Shown: one piece after another, positions 38,269 to 47,305 of the stretch
Layout: every line of letters begins with the position of its first letter
Numbering within the stretch: the first letter of the stretch is position 1
From: Candidatus Nomurabacteria bacterium
Lineage (GTDB): Bacteria; Patescibacteriota; Minisyncoccia; Phycocordibacterales; UBA9973
Length of the DNA stretch: 64,000 bases
Direction of reading: 5' to 3'
Assembly (NCBI GenBank): GCA_016199805.1
Contig: JACQGC010000018.1
Location: forward strand, 5,219 to 69,218
Made by a program: the position numbers and the translations under genes
Notes under the pieces: generated by a model
Told to the model about the DNA's origin: nothing
Seen by the model: only the letters and a program-made list of their open reading frames with translations
The model's database searches: none

Positions 38269-38619
38269 ATGGAAACAAATATTTGTCCGGTTTGTCATCA
38301 GCCCATACTTCCCACTTATTATTTTTGTCCCAATTGCGGCGCAAAGGTAAACGAACCTCCGCTTTCCACCAGTGCGGGAACGCAGGCTCTCATATACCTA
38401 GAGAGTATAGTTTTGCCTATAGTCCTTTTTCTTTTTATCAAAAAATGGCCGGGAGTAAAATATTTCAAATCAAAAGATCCGAAAGCGAACAGAATCGGGC
38501 AGGTTGCCTGGGTGCTCCTGATAGTTTCCACAATTTTTGTCATATGGTTTTCGTATGTCTGGACCGAGCAGGCCATTCAGTCTTCAGTAGACAGTATAAA
38601 TACCGATTTTAATTTCTAG
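38269..38619 (+). CDS. Zinc-ribbon plus 2-TM protein
   Basis: CPVC...FCPNCG. Confidence 0.7.
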   Translation: METNICPVCHQPILPTYYFCPNCGAKVNEPPLSTSAGTQALIYLESIVLPIVLFLFIKKWPGVKYFKSKDPKANRIGQVAWVLLIVSTIFVIWFSYVWTEQAIQSSVDSINTDFNF

Positions 38620-38681
38620 CGCACCATCTTCATTAGTTCTTTCGTATATAGCCTGTATTATCAATATCAAACACACAACAC

Positions 38682-39191
38682 ATGGAACCAAAAAATAATT
38701 CACAAAAAAATATAGCCATCGCCCTAGTCGCCGTCGCCATAGCCGCAGTTTTATCTGTGCCTATTTTCTTGGGAAAGAAAACCACCACCCTGCCTTCGGC
38801 ACCCCTCCTTAATCAAGGAGGGGATGGGAGTGGTAATTCTACTCCAGTCGTTTCGAAAACTCCTCCGGTAGACGTTCCCAAGAAAACTCTTTCGGTTTAC
38901 AAAGATGGCACCTATACGGCTACAGGTTCTTACGATTCTCCGGGTGGAATGGATAAAGTCACCGTCACCCTTACGCTAAAAAGTGATGTCGTCACCGATG
39001 TTTCGGTGACTCCGATAGCAGGTGATAGTCTTTCAAAGAAATATCAGGATATGTTTGTCTCCGGCTACAAGCAATTTGTCGTCGGGCAAAAAATAGCCGG
39101 CTTGCAGCTCTCAAAAGTTTCCGGTTCATCTCTTACTCCAATCGGTTTCAACGCTGCGCTCACCCAAATAAAAGCGCAAGCCAAGGCATAG
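38682..39191 (+). CDS. Membrane-anchored FMN-binding domain protein
   Basis: YKDGTY...G.Y.SP.G, VSGSSLT..GF..A; next to apbE. Confidence 0.85.
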   Translation: MEPKNNSQKNIAIALVAVAIAAVLSVPIFLGKKTTTLPSAPLLNQGGDGSGNSTPVVSKTPPVDVPKKTLSVYKDGTYTATGSYDSPGGMDKVTVTLTLKSDVVTDVSVTPIAGDSLSKKYQDMFVSGYKQFVVGQKIAGLQLSKVSGSSLTPIGFNAALTQIKAQAKA

Positions 39192-39194
39192 TTT

Positions 39195-40067
39195 ATGGCG
39201 CAATTTACTTTTGACGGTATCGGCACGAAGTGGCAGATAGATATATTTGAAGATTTATCGGAAATAGACCAAGACAAACTTCTGGCTCGCGTAAAAAATC
39301 GCATCGAAGTTTTTGACAAAAACTATTCGCGTTTTCGCGATGATTCGCTAGTGACTAAAATGTCCAAAGAAACGGGCGTTTTTGCGCTACCCGACGACGC
39401 GGAAAAGATGTTTACCCTTTATTATGATTTATATAAAATTACCGACGGATATTTTACACCGTTAGTCGGAAACATATTATCCGACGCGGGATATGATGCG
39501 AAATATACTTTAAAGCAAAAAAAAGAACTGGAAAAAGCGCCGATCTGGGAAGATGTGATGGAATATAAATTTCCAAACATCGAAATTAAAAAACCGGTCA
39601 TCTTGGATTTTGGCGCGGGAGGAAAAGGGTACTTGCTCGATTTGGTGGCAAAAGAAATTGAAGCGAGTGGAATTTTTGAATATTGCATTGATGCGGGCGG
39701 AGATATCTTGCACAAAAATAAAGTACCGACTCGGGTAGGCTTGGAGAATCCGGAAAACACAGAGGAGGCGATAGGTGTTTACAACTTACAAAACAAAAGT
39801 ATAGCCGGTTCAGCTGGCAACAGGCGTGCGTGGGGAAATTTCACCCACATAATGAATCCCAAAACCCTAATTTCACCGAGAGACATAATAGCAGTCTGGG
39901 TAGTGGCGGAAACTGGTCTCGTGGCAGATGCGCTTGCCACCTGCCTATTTTTCGTTCCAGTATCCACCTTGTCAGACAAATACAAATTTGAATACGTTTT
40001 AGTAAAAAAAGACCATTCCATAGAAAAATCGTCCAATTTCAAAGGTGAGATGTTTTTAAAATCTTAA
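39195..40067 (+). CDS. apbE: FAD:protein FMN transferase
   Basis: SRFR.DS, LDFG..GKGY, DAGGD, S...R....HI..P, AD.LAT. Confidence 0.9.
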   Translation: MAQFTFDGIGTKWQIDIFEDLSEIDQDKLLARVKNRIEVFDKNYSRFRDDSLVTKMSKETGVFALPDDAEKMFTLYYDLYKITDGYFTPLVGNILSDAGYDAKYTLKQKKELEKAPIWEDVMEYKFPNIEIKKPVILDFGAGGKGYLLDLVAKEIEASGIFEYCIDAGGDILHKNKVPTRVGLENPENTEEAIGVYNLQNKSIAGSAGNRRAWGNFTHIMNPKTLISPRDIIAVWVVAETGLVADALATCLFFVPVSTLSDKYKFEYVLVKKDHSIEKSSNFKGEMFLKS

Positions 40068-40097
40068 ATTATATTGTTACCCCTAGATCAATACCTA

Positions 40098-40569
40098 TGC
40101 CCCATTTCAGCCATGGCGTAAATGGGGCAGTGTGGTATCATATATACATGAGCCCAAGATATAAAGGTATGCGAGTAAATGCTTTCGGTTTGCCAGCATT
40201 TAAAAATGGCAGGAAAAGCCGTGCAAAAACTGAAAACAGGAAAAAATCTTTTTATCATGTCACTTTTCTTTCACCTTTTAAAAAAGATTCTTCAAAGAAT
40301 TTGATTGTAATGTACGACATTCCACATTTACAGAAAAAGGAGCGGGATTGGTTTCGTCGGCAATTAATAAAATTTGATTATATAATGATTCAAAAAAGTG
40401 TTTGGGTTGGACCGTCTCCACTACCCAAAAATTTCTTAGACTACTTAAAAGAAATAAAAATAGGGGATAAGTTTAAAACCTTTACATTGGCAAAATCTTA
40501 TACAGAAAAACTTTAATTTACTACATTACTTACCGACTGCCCCATTTACGCCATGGCGTAAATGGGGCA
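40098..40569. mobile_element. Cas2/PaaX-like gene bracketed by two 32-bp palindromes (40098-40129, 40538-40569)
   Basis: tgccccatttacgcca|tggcgtaaatggggca is perfect in the right copy and has a 2-nt swap in the left copy. Confidence 0.65.
40148..40516 (+). CDS. Orphan Cas2-like / PaaX central-domain protein
   Basis: LIVMYDIP.....RDWFR..L....Y.MIQKSVW. Confidence 0.8.
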   Translation: MSPRYKGMRVNAFGLPAFKNGRKSRAKTENRKKSFYHVTFLSPFKKDSSKNLIVMYDIPHLQKKERDWFRRQLIKFDYIMIQKSVWVGPSPLPKNFLDYLKEIKIGDKFKTFTLAKSYTEKL

Positions 40570-40617
40570 CGATGTCTTGATGTATAATTTTTTTCATAAT
40601 TTTGCTATAATAGCTTC

Positions 40618-42360
40618 GTGGAATCACAAACTAAACAGTGCCAGAATTGCCAGAAAGACTTTATAATAGAGCCGGATGATTTCGGTTTTTACGAGAAAAT
40701 AAAAGTCCCTCCGCCGACCTTTTGCCCGGAATGCCGGCTACAAAGGCGCTTGGCCTGGCGTAACGAGCGGGCCTTGTACAAACGCAAGTGCGGTTTATGC
40801 CAAAAAAGTATTATTGCAATGTATCATGAATCCATGCCATTTCCCGTATATTGTCGAGAGTGTTGGTTCGGAGATGGATGGGACCCAACTTTATATGGAA
40901 AGAAATACGATTTCAATAGAACATTTTTCGAACAATATAAAGAATTTTCAAATACTGTGCCCAGGCTAGCTTTGTGGCAAAGGAGTTCTACAAATTCAGA
41001 TTATTCCAATATGGTTGGAGAATCGAAAAATGTATATCTATCTTCTTCGGTTGTAAAAGAATCAGAAAATGTTTTTTATTCAAAGTCGGTAGATAGATCC
41101 AGAGATATCGTTGATTGTTTAAATATAATAAACGGATCAGAGAGTTTGTATGAGAACGTGGAAGCACAAAGTAATTATAATTCTCAATATCTTTTACTCT
41201 GCAGGAGTTGTTTGGATTCATACTATTCTGTTGATTGTATAAATTGTAGTAATTGTTTTCTTTCTTACAATTTGCGAAATAAAAAATTTTGTATTCGCAA
41301 TCAGCAATATGAAAAGGAAGATTATTTTAAGAAAATAGAAAAATTAAATTTAAGGAGCAGGGCTTCACGTGATTTTTTGCTGGAAGAATTTGCAGAAATT
41401 AAAAAGAAGGCAATTTATCGTTTTGGAAATATCACTAAATGTATTAATGTGACAGGAAATAATCTTTTGAATGTAAAAAATGGTAAAGATTGTTTTGAAA
41501 TTTATGATGTGGAAAATGCGAAATATTGTTATCGAGCGTTTAATCTCAAAGACTGTATGGATTTTGATTATGGAGGGTGGTCAGAATTGATGTATGAGTA
41601 CGTAACTGGCAGTCTAAATGATTATAATGTTAAATTTAGTTATTCTGCGATGGAATCCGTAAGAAATGCCGATTATACGGAATTTTGTCGAAATTGTTCT
41701 AATCTGTTTGGTTGTATTTCACTTAAAAATACAGAAAATGCAATTCTGAATATAATTTATTCCAAGGAAGAATACGAAAAACTCCGGACGCAAATCATGG
41801 AACATATGAATAGCAATCCATTTATAGACAAAGCAGGCAAAGTTTATCGATATGGAGAATTTTTTCCTATAGAAGTTTCTCCTTGGGTATATAATGAGAC
41901 TTTGTCTCAGGAATTTTTCCCAATTACCAAAGAAGAGGCGGAGAGGAATGGTTATCCATGGCGGGAACCGGATGTAAAAAATTTCGAGATTACAATTCCT
42001 ACAGAAAACATTCTGGACAATATTGACGATGTTAGTGAAGATATTTTAAAAGATGTTCTGGGTTGTGCCCACGCAGGAGAGTGTGCTCATCAATGCAATA
42101 CTGCTTTTCGTTTAACAAACTATGAACTGGTTTTTTATAAAAAACATAACATACCGCTTCCAATTCTTTGCCCCAACTGTCGTTATTACGAAAGATTCAA
42201 AGTTATGCCAGCATTGAAATTATGGCACAGGCAATGCATGTGTGATAAGAAACACACGCACCATGAGGGCAGATGCGAGATTGAATTTGAGACCAGCTAT
42301 GCGCCAGATAGGCCGGAAATAGTATATTGTGAAAAGTGTTACCAGCAGGAGGTTTACTAG
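40618..42360 (+). CDS. CPR-type Cys-rich protein (zinc ribbons plus beta-solenoid-like repeats)
   Basis: C.NC...F.I...D..FY....PP..CP.CR..RR...RN.R.LY; C..C..C repeats; VYCE.CY..EV. Confidence 0.8.
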   Translation: MESQTKQCQNCQKDFIIEPDDFGFYEKIKVPPPTFCPECRLQRRLAWRNERALYKRKCGLCQKSIIAMYHESMPFPVYCRECWFGDGWDPTLYGKKYDFNRTFFEQYKEFSNTVPRLALWQRSSTNSDYSNMVGESKNVYLSSSVVKESENVFYSKSVDRSRDIVDCLNIINGSESLYENVEAQSNYNSQYLLLCRSCLDSYYSVDCINCSNCFLSYNLRNKKFCIRNQQYEKEDYFKKIEKLNLRSRASRDFLLEEFAEIKKKAIYRFGNITKCINVTGNNLLNVKNGKDCFEIYDVENAKYCYRAFNLKDCMDFDYGGWSELMYEYVTGSLNDYNVKFSYSAMESVRNADYTEFCRNCSNLFGCISLKNTENAILNIIYSKEEYEKLRTQIMEHMNSNPFIDKAGKVYRYGEFFPIEVSPWVYNETLSQEFFPITKEEAERNGYPWREPDVKNFEITIPTENILDNIDDVSEDILKDVLGCAHAGECAHQCNTAFRLTNYELVFYKKHNIPLPILCPNCRYYERFKVMPALKLWHRQCMCDKKHTHHEGRCEIEFETSYAPDRPEIVYCEKCYQQEVY

Positions 42361-42383
42361 CCTTTGGCTAGTGTACTGATTTT

Positions 42384-42420
42384 CCTCCCCCTAATGTAGG
42401 GGGAGGTTAGGTGGGGGTAT
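42384..42420. repeat. REP-like palindrome
   Basis: cctccccctaatgtagggggagg-ttaggtggggg; near match to 56997-57018. Confidence 0.7.
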
Positions 42421-42480
42421 AATTTAGTGCTGAGGTGAATTTTGCACCACTTTTTTGTAATTTGGCGTATAATATGGGGT

Positions 42481-44322
42481 ATGAGCAAAAAATCACACAA
42501 AAGAATATTTGGTTTTTCATTTTTAATTTTAACAATAATGTTTTTGTCTTTTACCAGTAAGGCTTTTGCCATGACTCCCACATTGTCGCTTTCTCCGACA
42601 GGGGACGGGGACTCGGTGCAAGTAAATGTCACCGGCGACCCGAATTCCAGTGTGCTTATTTTCTATATTAAAACCGGGTCTGGTCCACAGACTCTTTCTC
42701 TCGGAACTACCAATACAAACGGGACTTTGACAAACACAGTCAGTACTTCAAACTATGGTGTGGCGGCAGGCAGTTCGGTGTATATCACTACGGGTGGCAT
42801 CAATGGTGCCCATTCCAACACAGTAGCTTGGCCGGCAGTCAGTTCTCTTCTCTCTAGCAGTAACATGCTGACCTTGAGCCAGACGGGCCTCGTGCTCACC
42901 CTCGGGCAAGCTATGTCTGTTACCGCCACCAATCTGAACAACAGTCAGCTTTATCAAGCCAGCAATACCAGTCCGCAAATCGCAAATTTTAGCATCAGTG
43001 GCTCTCAAATAAATGTCACCGCCAACAGCTACGGCACCACCACGGCTTCTTTTTGCTTGATTAACAACACTTCAAACTGTGGAAGTATTTATGTCATCGT
43101 TCAAAGCAGCAGTGCGCAACCGCTCACCTTCAGCCAGAGCAGTGTGACACTGTCTCCAGGGCAAACTGTCTCCGTACAAATTTCCGGCGGTTCCGGAGTT
43201 TATTCGGTGCTCAATAATTCCAGTCAAAACAATGGTGTGGTTACGACCAGTATCTCTAGTAGCACCATCACTTTGACCACGAGTGGTACGACCGGTTCGT
43301 CATCTATAACTGTTTGTTCTACAGACATGAATTCTTGCGGTATCATCAACGTGACTATCGGCAATACTGTTTCTTCGGCAGTTTCATTTAGTCAGCAAAA
43401 CCCAACCCTTGCCGTAGCCCAAAGTCTGAACATCAGTATTTTTGGTCCGACCAACAGCTTATTTTATGTGAATTCAAATTCAAACCCAAGCATCGTTCAA
43501 GCCAATCTCTCGGGTAGCACTCTAACTCTTCTTGGAATCACCACCGGCTCTTCGACAATAAGTATCTGTGCCTCTACGAGTAATTGTGCCAATTTGAGTG
43601 TAACCGTCAGCACTAGTTCGAGTGGTGGGGCGTTGATTTTGAGCCAACAAAGTGTAAATCTTTCTGTTGGGCAGACGAGTACAGTGACAATTTCCGGAGG
43701 CACGATGCCATACAATATTTTCACAAACTCCAGTAATATTTTTCAAGCAACTTTAAATAGTAATATACTTACACTCGTAGGTTTGAGTAACGGAACTTCT
43801 CTTATGAACGTATGTTCTGCGGGAGGGAATTGCCTAACATTATCTGTGTATGTGGGAGTAACCAATCCCAATGCCTTGCCTACAGGTTGTGTATCTACGA
43901 CGGGTTTTAGCCAGACGACTGGCCAGTCGTGCAATACCACAACCACAACCACAACCACTACCAATACATACGTACCCGTAGATTGCACCGGGGCCGCTTT
44001 TAGTGTTTCTACTGGAGTGGCTTGTCCCGCCAACACTATTACCACTACTCCCGTAACTACGGTCACTGTTCCAGACGATACTATCAACACTCCGACAACG
44101 AGCACTGCCTTTAAATTCACCAAAGCAATCAAGCTTGGCTCAAAAGGCGCAGAAGTTACGCAGCTACAGAAAAAATTAAAAACTCTGGGATATTTTAATA
44201 CCACAGCCACCGGAACCTTTGGCCCCATTACAGAAAAAGCAGTCAAAGCATTTCAAAAAGCACACAAACTTCCGCAAGTGGGCAATGTGGGACCGCTCAC
44301 GCGCGCGCTTCTCAATAAATAA
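42481..44322 (+). CDS. Ser/Thr-rich surface protein with four Ig-like repeats and C-terminal PG-binding domain
   Basis: Repeated (L/F)SQ..V.L..GQ...V.ISG ... C.....C units; V.QLQ..L..LGY...G.FG..T..AV..FQ. Confidence 0.8.
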   Translation: MSKKSHKRIFGFSFLILTIMFLSFTSKAFAMTPTLSLSPTGDGDSVQVNVTGDPNSSVLIFYIKTGSGPQTLSLGTTNTNGTLTNTVSTSNYGVAAGSSVYITTGGINGAHSNTVAWPAVSSLLSSSNMLTLSQTGLVLTLGQAMSVTATNLNNSQLYQASNTSPQIANFSISGSQINVTANSYGTTTASFCLINNTSNCGSIYVIVQSSSAQPLTFSQSSVTLSPGQTVSVQISGGSGVYSVLNNSSQNNGVVTTSISSSTITLTTSGTTGSSSITVCSTDMNSCGIINVTIGNTVSSAVSFSQQNPTLAVAQSLNISIFGPTNSLFYVNSNSNPSIVQANLSGSTLTLLGITTGSSTISICASTSNCANLSVTVSTSSSGGALILSQQSVNLSVGQTSTVTISGGTMPYNIFTNSSNIFQATLNSNILTLVGLSNGTSLMNVCSAGGNCLTLSVYVGVTNPNALPTGCVSTTGFSQTTGQSCNTTTTTTTTTNTYVPVDCTGAAFSVSTGVACPANTITTTPVTTVTVPDDTINTPTTSTAFKFTKAIKLGSKGAEVTQLQKKLKTLGYFNTTATGTFGPITEKAVKAFQKAHKLPQVGNVGPLTRALLNK

Positions 44323-44364
44323 AATACTTAGGCAAAAACCAAGCGTTGATGTATACTACAGGTA

Positions 44365-45516
44365 ATGAAAAAGAATCTTTTCTGGATTATTTTGGTACTG
44401 CTTATTATTATCGGTGCCTGTTTTTTCTTCCCGGGATTTTTGGGCGGGGCTGTTTCGTATAAAAAAAGCGCGCAAGTAATAAATACCAGTTTACCCGAAG
44501 TAAAAGCTAACCCAATTACTTCGAATAAAGCTCCTCTCGACGTTATCGCCTATGATAAAAAATTAAATGAAATAGCCAACAATCCACCGGATCCTATCAT
44601 TTACACAACCGTCAAAACTCCCGGGAAAGATAAGAACGGCAAAGCTATAACCATAACCACCAAAGTTCCTCTTGACCCACAGCCGGTAAAAACCCATCTC
44701 TGGCCGGTAAAAACAGTTTATCCGAATGCCGGCGCGCTTTTGCCTTTCAACCGCATCGTCGCTTATTATGGAAATTTATATTCAACCAAAATGGGAGTGC
44801 TCGGGGAATATCCCGAAGCTATAATGCTAGAGAAGTTGGAAGCAGAAGTAAAAAAATGGGAAATAGCTGACCCGACGACTCCGGTGATTCCGGCCTTGCA
44901 CTACATCGCAGTAGTTGCCCAAGGAGCTCCCGGCGATAGTGGTAAATATAGATTGCGGATGCCAGGCTCTGAAATAGATAAAGTGCTGGCCATGGCGGGG
45001 AAAATAAACGCGATAGTTTTTTTGGATATTCAGGTTGGCTTTTCCAATGTGCAAACAGAAATTCCGCTGTTGGAAAAATATTTAAAATTGCCAAATGTGC
45101 ACTTGGCCATTGACCCGGAGTTTTCCATGAAGACCGGCATCCGTCCGGGAAAAGTCGTGGGCACCCTCGACGCGGCTGATATAAATTTTGCCGCTAATTA
45201 TCTGGCCAATCTCGTGAAAGAAAATAATCTCACTCCGAAAATTCTCATCATTCACCGATACACGCAAAAAATGGTGACGAATTACAAACTTATCAAACCA
45301 CTGCCAGAAGTTCAATTCATTATGAATATGGATGGCTGGGGCGGGGAGGCAAAAAAAATCGGCACCTATAAAAACTTTATTTATCCGGAGCCGGTGCAAT
45401 TTACCGGTTTCAAATTATTCTACAAAAATGACATTTTGACTCCTGGCACCACCCTGATGACACCGACTACTTTGCTCAAATTAAATCCACAGCCCATATA
45501 TATACAGTATCAGTAA
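44365..45516 (+). CDS. Conserved exported protein of unknown function
   Basis: N-terminal TM; R.VAYYGN....MG.LG, LD.Q.G, HLA.DPEF, DG.G, GFKLFY. Confidence 0.7.
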   Translation: MKKNLFWIILVLLIIIGACFFFPGFLGGAVSYKKSAQVINTSLPEVKANPITSNKAPLDVIAYDKKLNEIANNPPDPIIYTTVKTPGKDKNGKAITITTKVPLDPQPVKTHLWPVKTVYPNAGALLPFNRIVAYYGNLYSTKMGVLGEYPEAIMLEKLEAEVKKWEIADPTTPVIPALHYIAVVAQGAPGDSGKYRLRMPGSEIDKVLAMAGKINAIVFLDIQVGFSNVQTEIPLLEKYLKLPNVHLAIDPEFSMKTGIRPGKVVGTLDAADINFAANYLANLVKENNLTPKILIIHRYTQKMVTNYKLIKPLPEVQFIMNMDGWGGEAKKIGTYKNFIYPEPVQFTGFKLFYKNDILTPGTTLMTPTTLLKLNPQPIYIQYQ

Positions 45517-45536
45517 ATAGGTGTTATAATATAAAA

Positions 45537-45749
45537 ATGCCGGGTATTGAAAGCCAAAATTCTAGTCCCAAAAAGGTACTCTCTCCGGAAGAGGAATTTC
45601 CGCTAACCCATTCAGAAAGAGAAAAAAATATTTTAAGAAATAGAATCAGGATGAAAGGATACAAGAATCTTTCCGAAGAAGAATCAATGCAATGGTATCT
45701 TGACACAGAAGAGAGTAAAAATGACAATAGCCCACATCATGGAAACTAA
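45537..45749 (+). CDS. Small hypothetical protein
   Basis: TGnTATAAT 6 nt before the ATG; overlaps the next start. Confidence 0.45.
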   Translation: MPGIESQNSSPKKVLSPEEEFPLTHSEREKNILRNRIRMKGYKNLSEEESMQWYLDTEESKNDNSPHHGN

Positions 45750-46119
45750 AGAACAAAAAGCTTGGCGGGAAGTAAAATATCACGAGAAATTTTTAAACGC
45801 CTTTCGGGGGTTGCGGGTTTTTTGGAGTACGACCAGGAATTTATACGTGCATATTTTTGTGGCGCTGGTGGCTGTATTTTTTGGATTTTATTTTGAAATT
45901 TCCGGTTTTGAATGGATTGCTTTGATTTTTGCCATATCTTTTGTTTTTGTTTCCGAAGCATTTAATACGGCCATTGAGATAGACATAGATCTGACCTCTC
46001 CTGAATATCATCCTTTTGCCAGAGACACCAAAGACGTAGCTGCCGCGGCTGTCTTGCTGGCTGTGTTTACGGCCATCATTATCGGGCTGATAATTTTCTT
46101 GCCGAAAATCTTCATCTAG
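45739..46119 (+). CDS. dgkA: Diacylglycerol/undecaprenol kinase family
   Basis: F..A..GL, N...H, E.FNTAIE..ID, KD.AAAAVL. Confidence 0.85.
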   Translation: METKEQKAWREVKYHEKFLNAFRGLRVFWSTTRNLYVHIFVALVAVFFGFYFEISGFEWIALIFAISFVFVSEAFNTAIEIDIDLTSPEYHPFARDTKDVAAAAVLLAVFTAIIIGLIIFLPKIFI

Positions 46120-46187
46120 TTTTCATTAGATTTTTATAATCTTACAAAAGAATTTAAAAAGTAGTTCCTTTAAAAAGGAGGGGGCAG

Positions 46188-46733
46188 ATGGGGATAGACG
46201 AAAATGTTGGACGAATAGTTTTTTCTTTCGCGAGGGATACACCTTGGGAAGAAATCAGCCACGAGTTCTATGAGCCCTTTCTTGCTCTTCCTCCGGAGAA
46301 GCGCGGGAAAATATGGGCAGATTTTGTGCGTTCCGGCTGTGGGGTTCGGACTATCTCTGTTCCAGACACAGAGATTTTAAAAGTCAGAAGAATAATTACC
46401 AATGTCAGGGATTTGGAAGAATGGCAGCACCCCGCGCAGACCATAGGCGCTGTAAAAGGCCACATGATTTACGACTTCTTGGAAAAAAGTAAAATGCTGG
46501 ATAGGTGTATTAACCTGACCAGCCTGAAGTTGATTCAGGCCAAGGGACCCTCCTTTTACCGCCACTACTGGGCCGGAAAAAAGATTTTCGCCTGGAAGTC
46601 GGTTAGACCCAGGAGCCCAAAAAGCAAGTTACGGCGCGCCCCATTTCTCTGTGAGTGCGGTGATAAGATTTTGCTGGATTATCGCTTTCTGGATGACAAT
46701 TGGCCCAGCGACAGCCCTGCTTTGATGTATTGA
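46188..46733 (+). CDS. Orphan, SD-led, with aromatic-rich C-terminal domain
   Basis: AAAAGGAGG RBS; ...IFAWKS...APFL.E.G....LD..W.S..PAL. Confidence 0.7.
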   Translation: MGIDENVGRIVFSFARDTPWEEISHEFYEPFLALPPEKRGKIWADFVRSGCGVRTISVPDTEILKVRRIITNVRDLEEWQHPAQTIGAVKGHMIYDFLEKSKMLDRCINLTSLKLIQAKGPSFYRHYWAGKKIFAWKSVRPRSPKSKLRRAPFLCECGDKILLDYRFLDDNWPSDSPALMY

Positions 46734-46816
46734 AGATTATCTGTTTTTTGGGTCTGGTGAGCTATTAAGGCGCGCCAGACCTTGCTGTATGTTTTTTAAA
46801 TTGTTAAAATGTATGT

Positions 46817-47227
46817 ATGGGAAATAATAATGTTAAAATTTTCATTGGAATAATCGGTCTTTTGATTCTGGGCACAATTGCCGCAGTATTATTGCAGTCA
46901 AACAGCACCCCTCCGGGGCCAGGCAAATATGATACTTTTGCGACTTGCCTGAAAGACAAAGGCGCCGTGTTTTACGGAGCTTGGTGGTGTCCACATTGCC
47001 AGGCTCAAAAGAAAGCTTTTGGTTCTTCCGCTAAATACTTGCCTTATGTCGAATGCTCTACAGCTGACGCGACTGGACAGTTGCAAGTATGTACAGATCA
47101 AAAAATACAAAGCTATCCGACTTGGAAACTGGCCGATGGTACTATTATTCCCGACGATTCACCAGATGGAGCCGGAGTGAAGCTTGAAACCTTGGCCGCC
47201 AAGACGGGCTGCGTGTTGCCACAATAA
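46817..47227 (+). CDS. Membrane-anchored thioredoxin-like protein (VKOR-partner type)
   Basis: FA.CL...GA.FYGAWWCPHC..QK..FG, YVEC, YPTW. Confidence 0.85.
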   Translation: MGNNNVKIFIGIIGLLILGTIAAVLLQSNSTPPGPGKYDTFATCLKDKGAVFYGAWWCPHCQAQKKAFGSSAKYLPYVECSTADATGQLQVCTDQKIQSYPTWKLADGTIIPDDSPDGAGVKLETLAAKTGCVLPQ

Positions 47228-47232
47228 ATACC

Positions 47233-47305
47233 TGTCCCGTACTAAATTTCACCTAAAAACAAATGACCACTATTATTAACAATTTAAAATTTTAGTACTG
47301 GGATG
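47233..47305. repeat. Inverted-repeat element ending in the dsbB-like start codon
   Basis: tgtcccgtactaaattt ... aatttaaaattttagtactgggatg; the ends match 5151-5256. Confidence 0.85.

Noticed and set aside
40098-40569. CRISPR array or cas locus
   Set aside because: Only two repeats, separated by a whole gene; no spacers and no cas1.
43935-43962. ACAACC-type tandem runs as phase-variation tracts
   Set aside because: They are in-frame Thr linkers; unit changes would not shift the frame.
46188-46733. Complete diversity-generating retroelement
   Set aside because: No reverse transcriptase, Avd or TR/VR pair found in the window.
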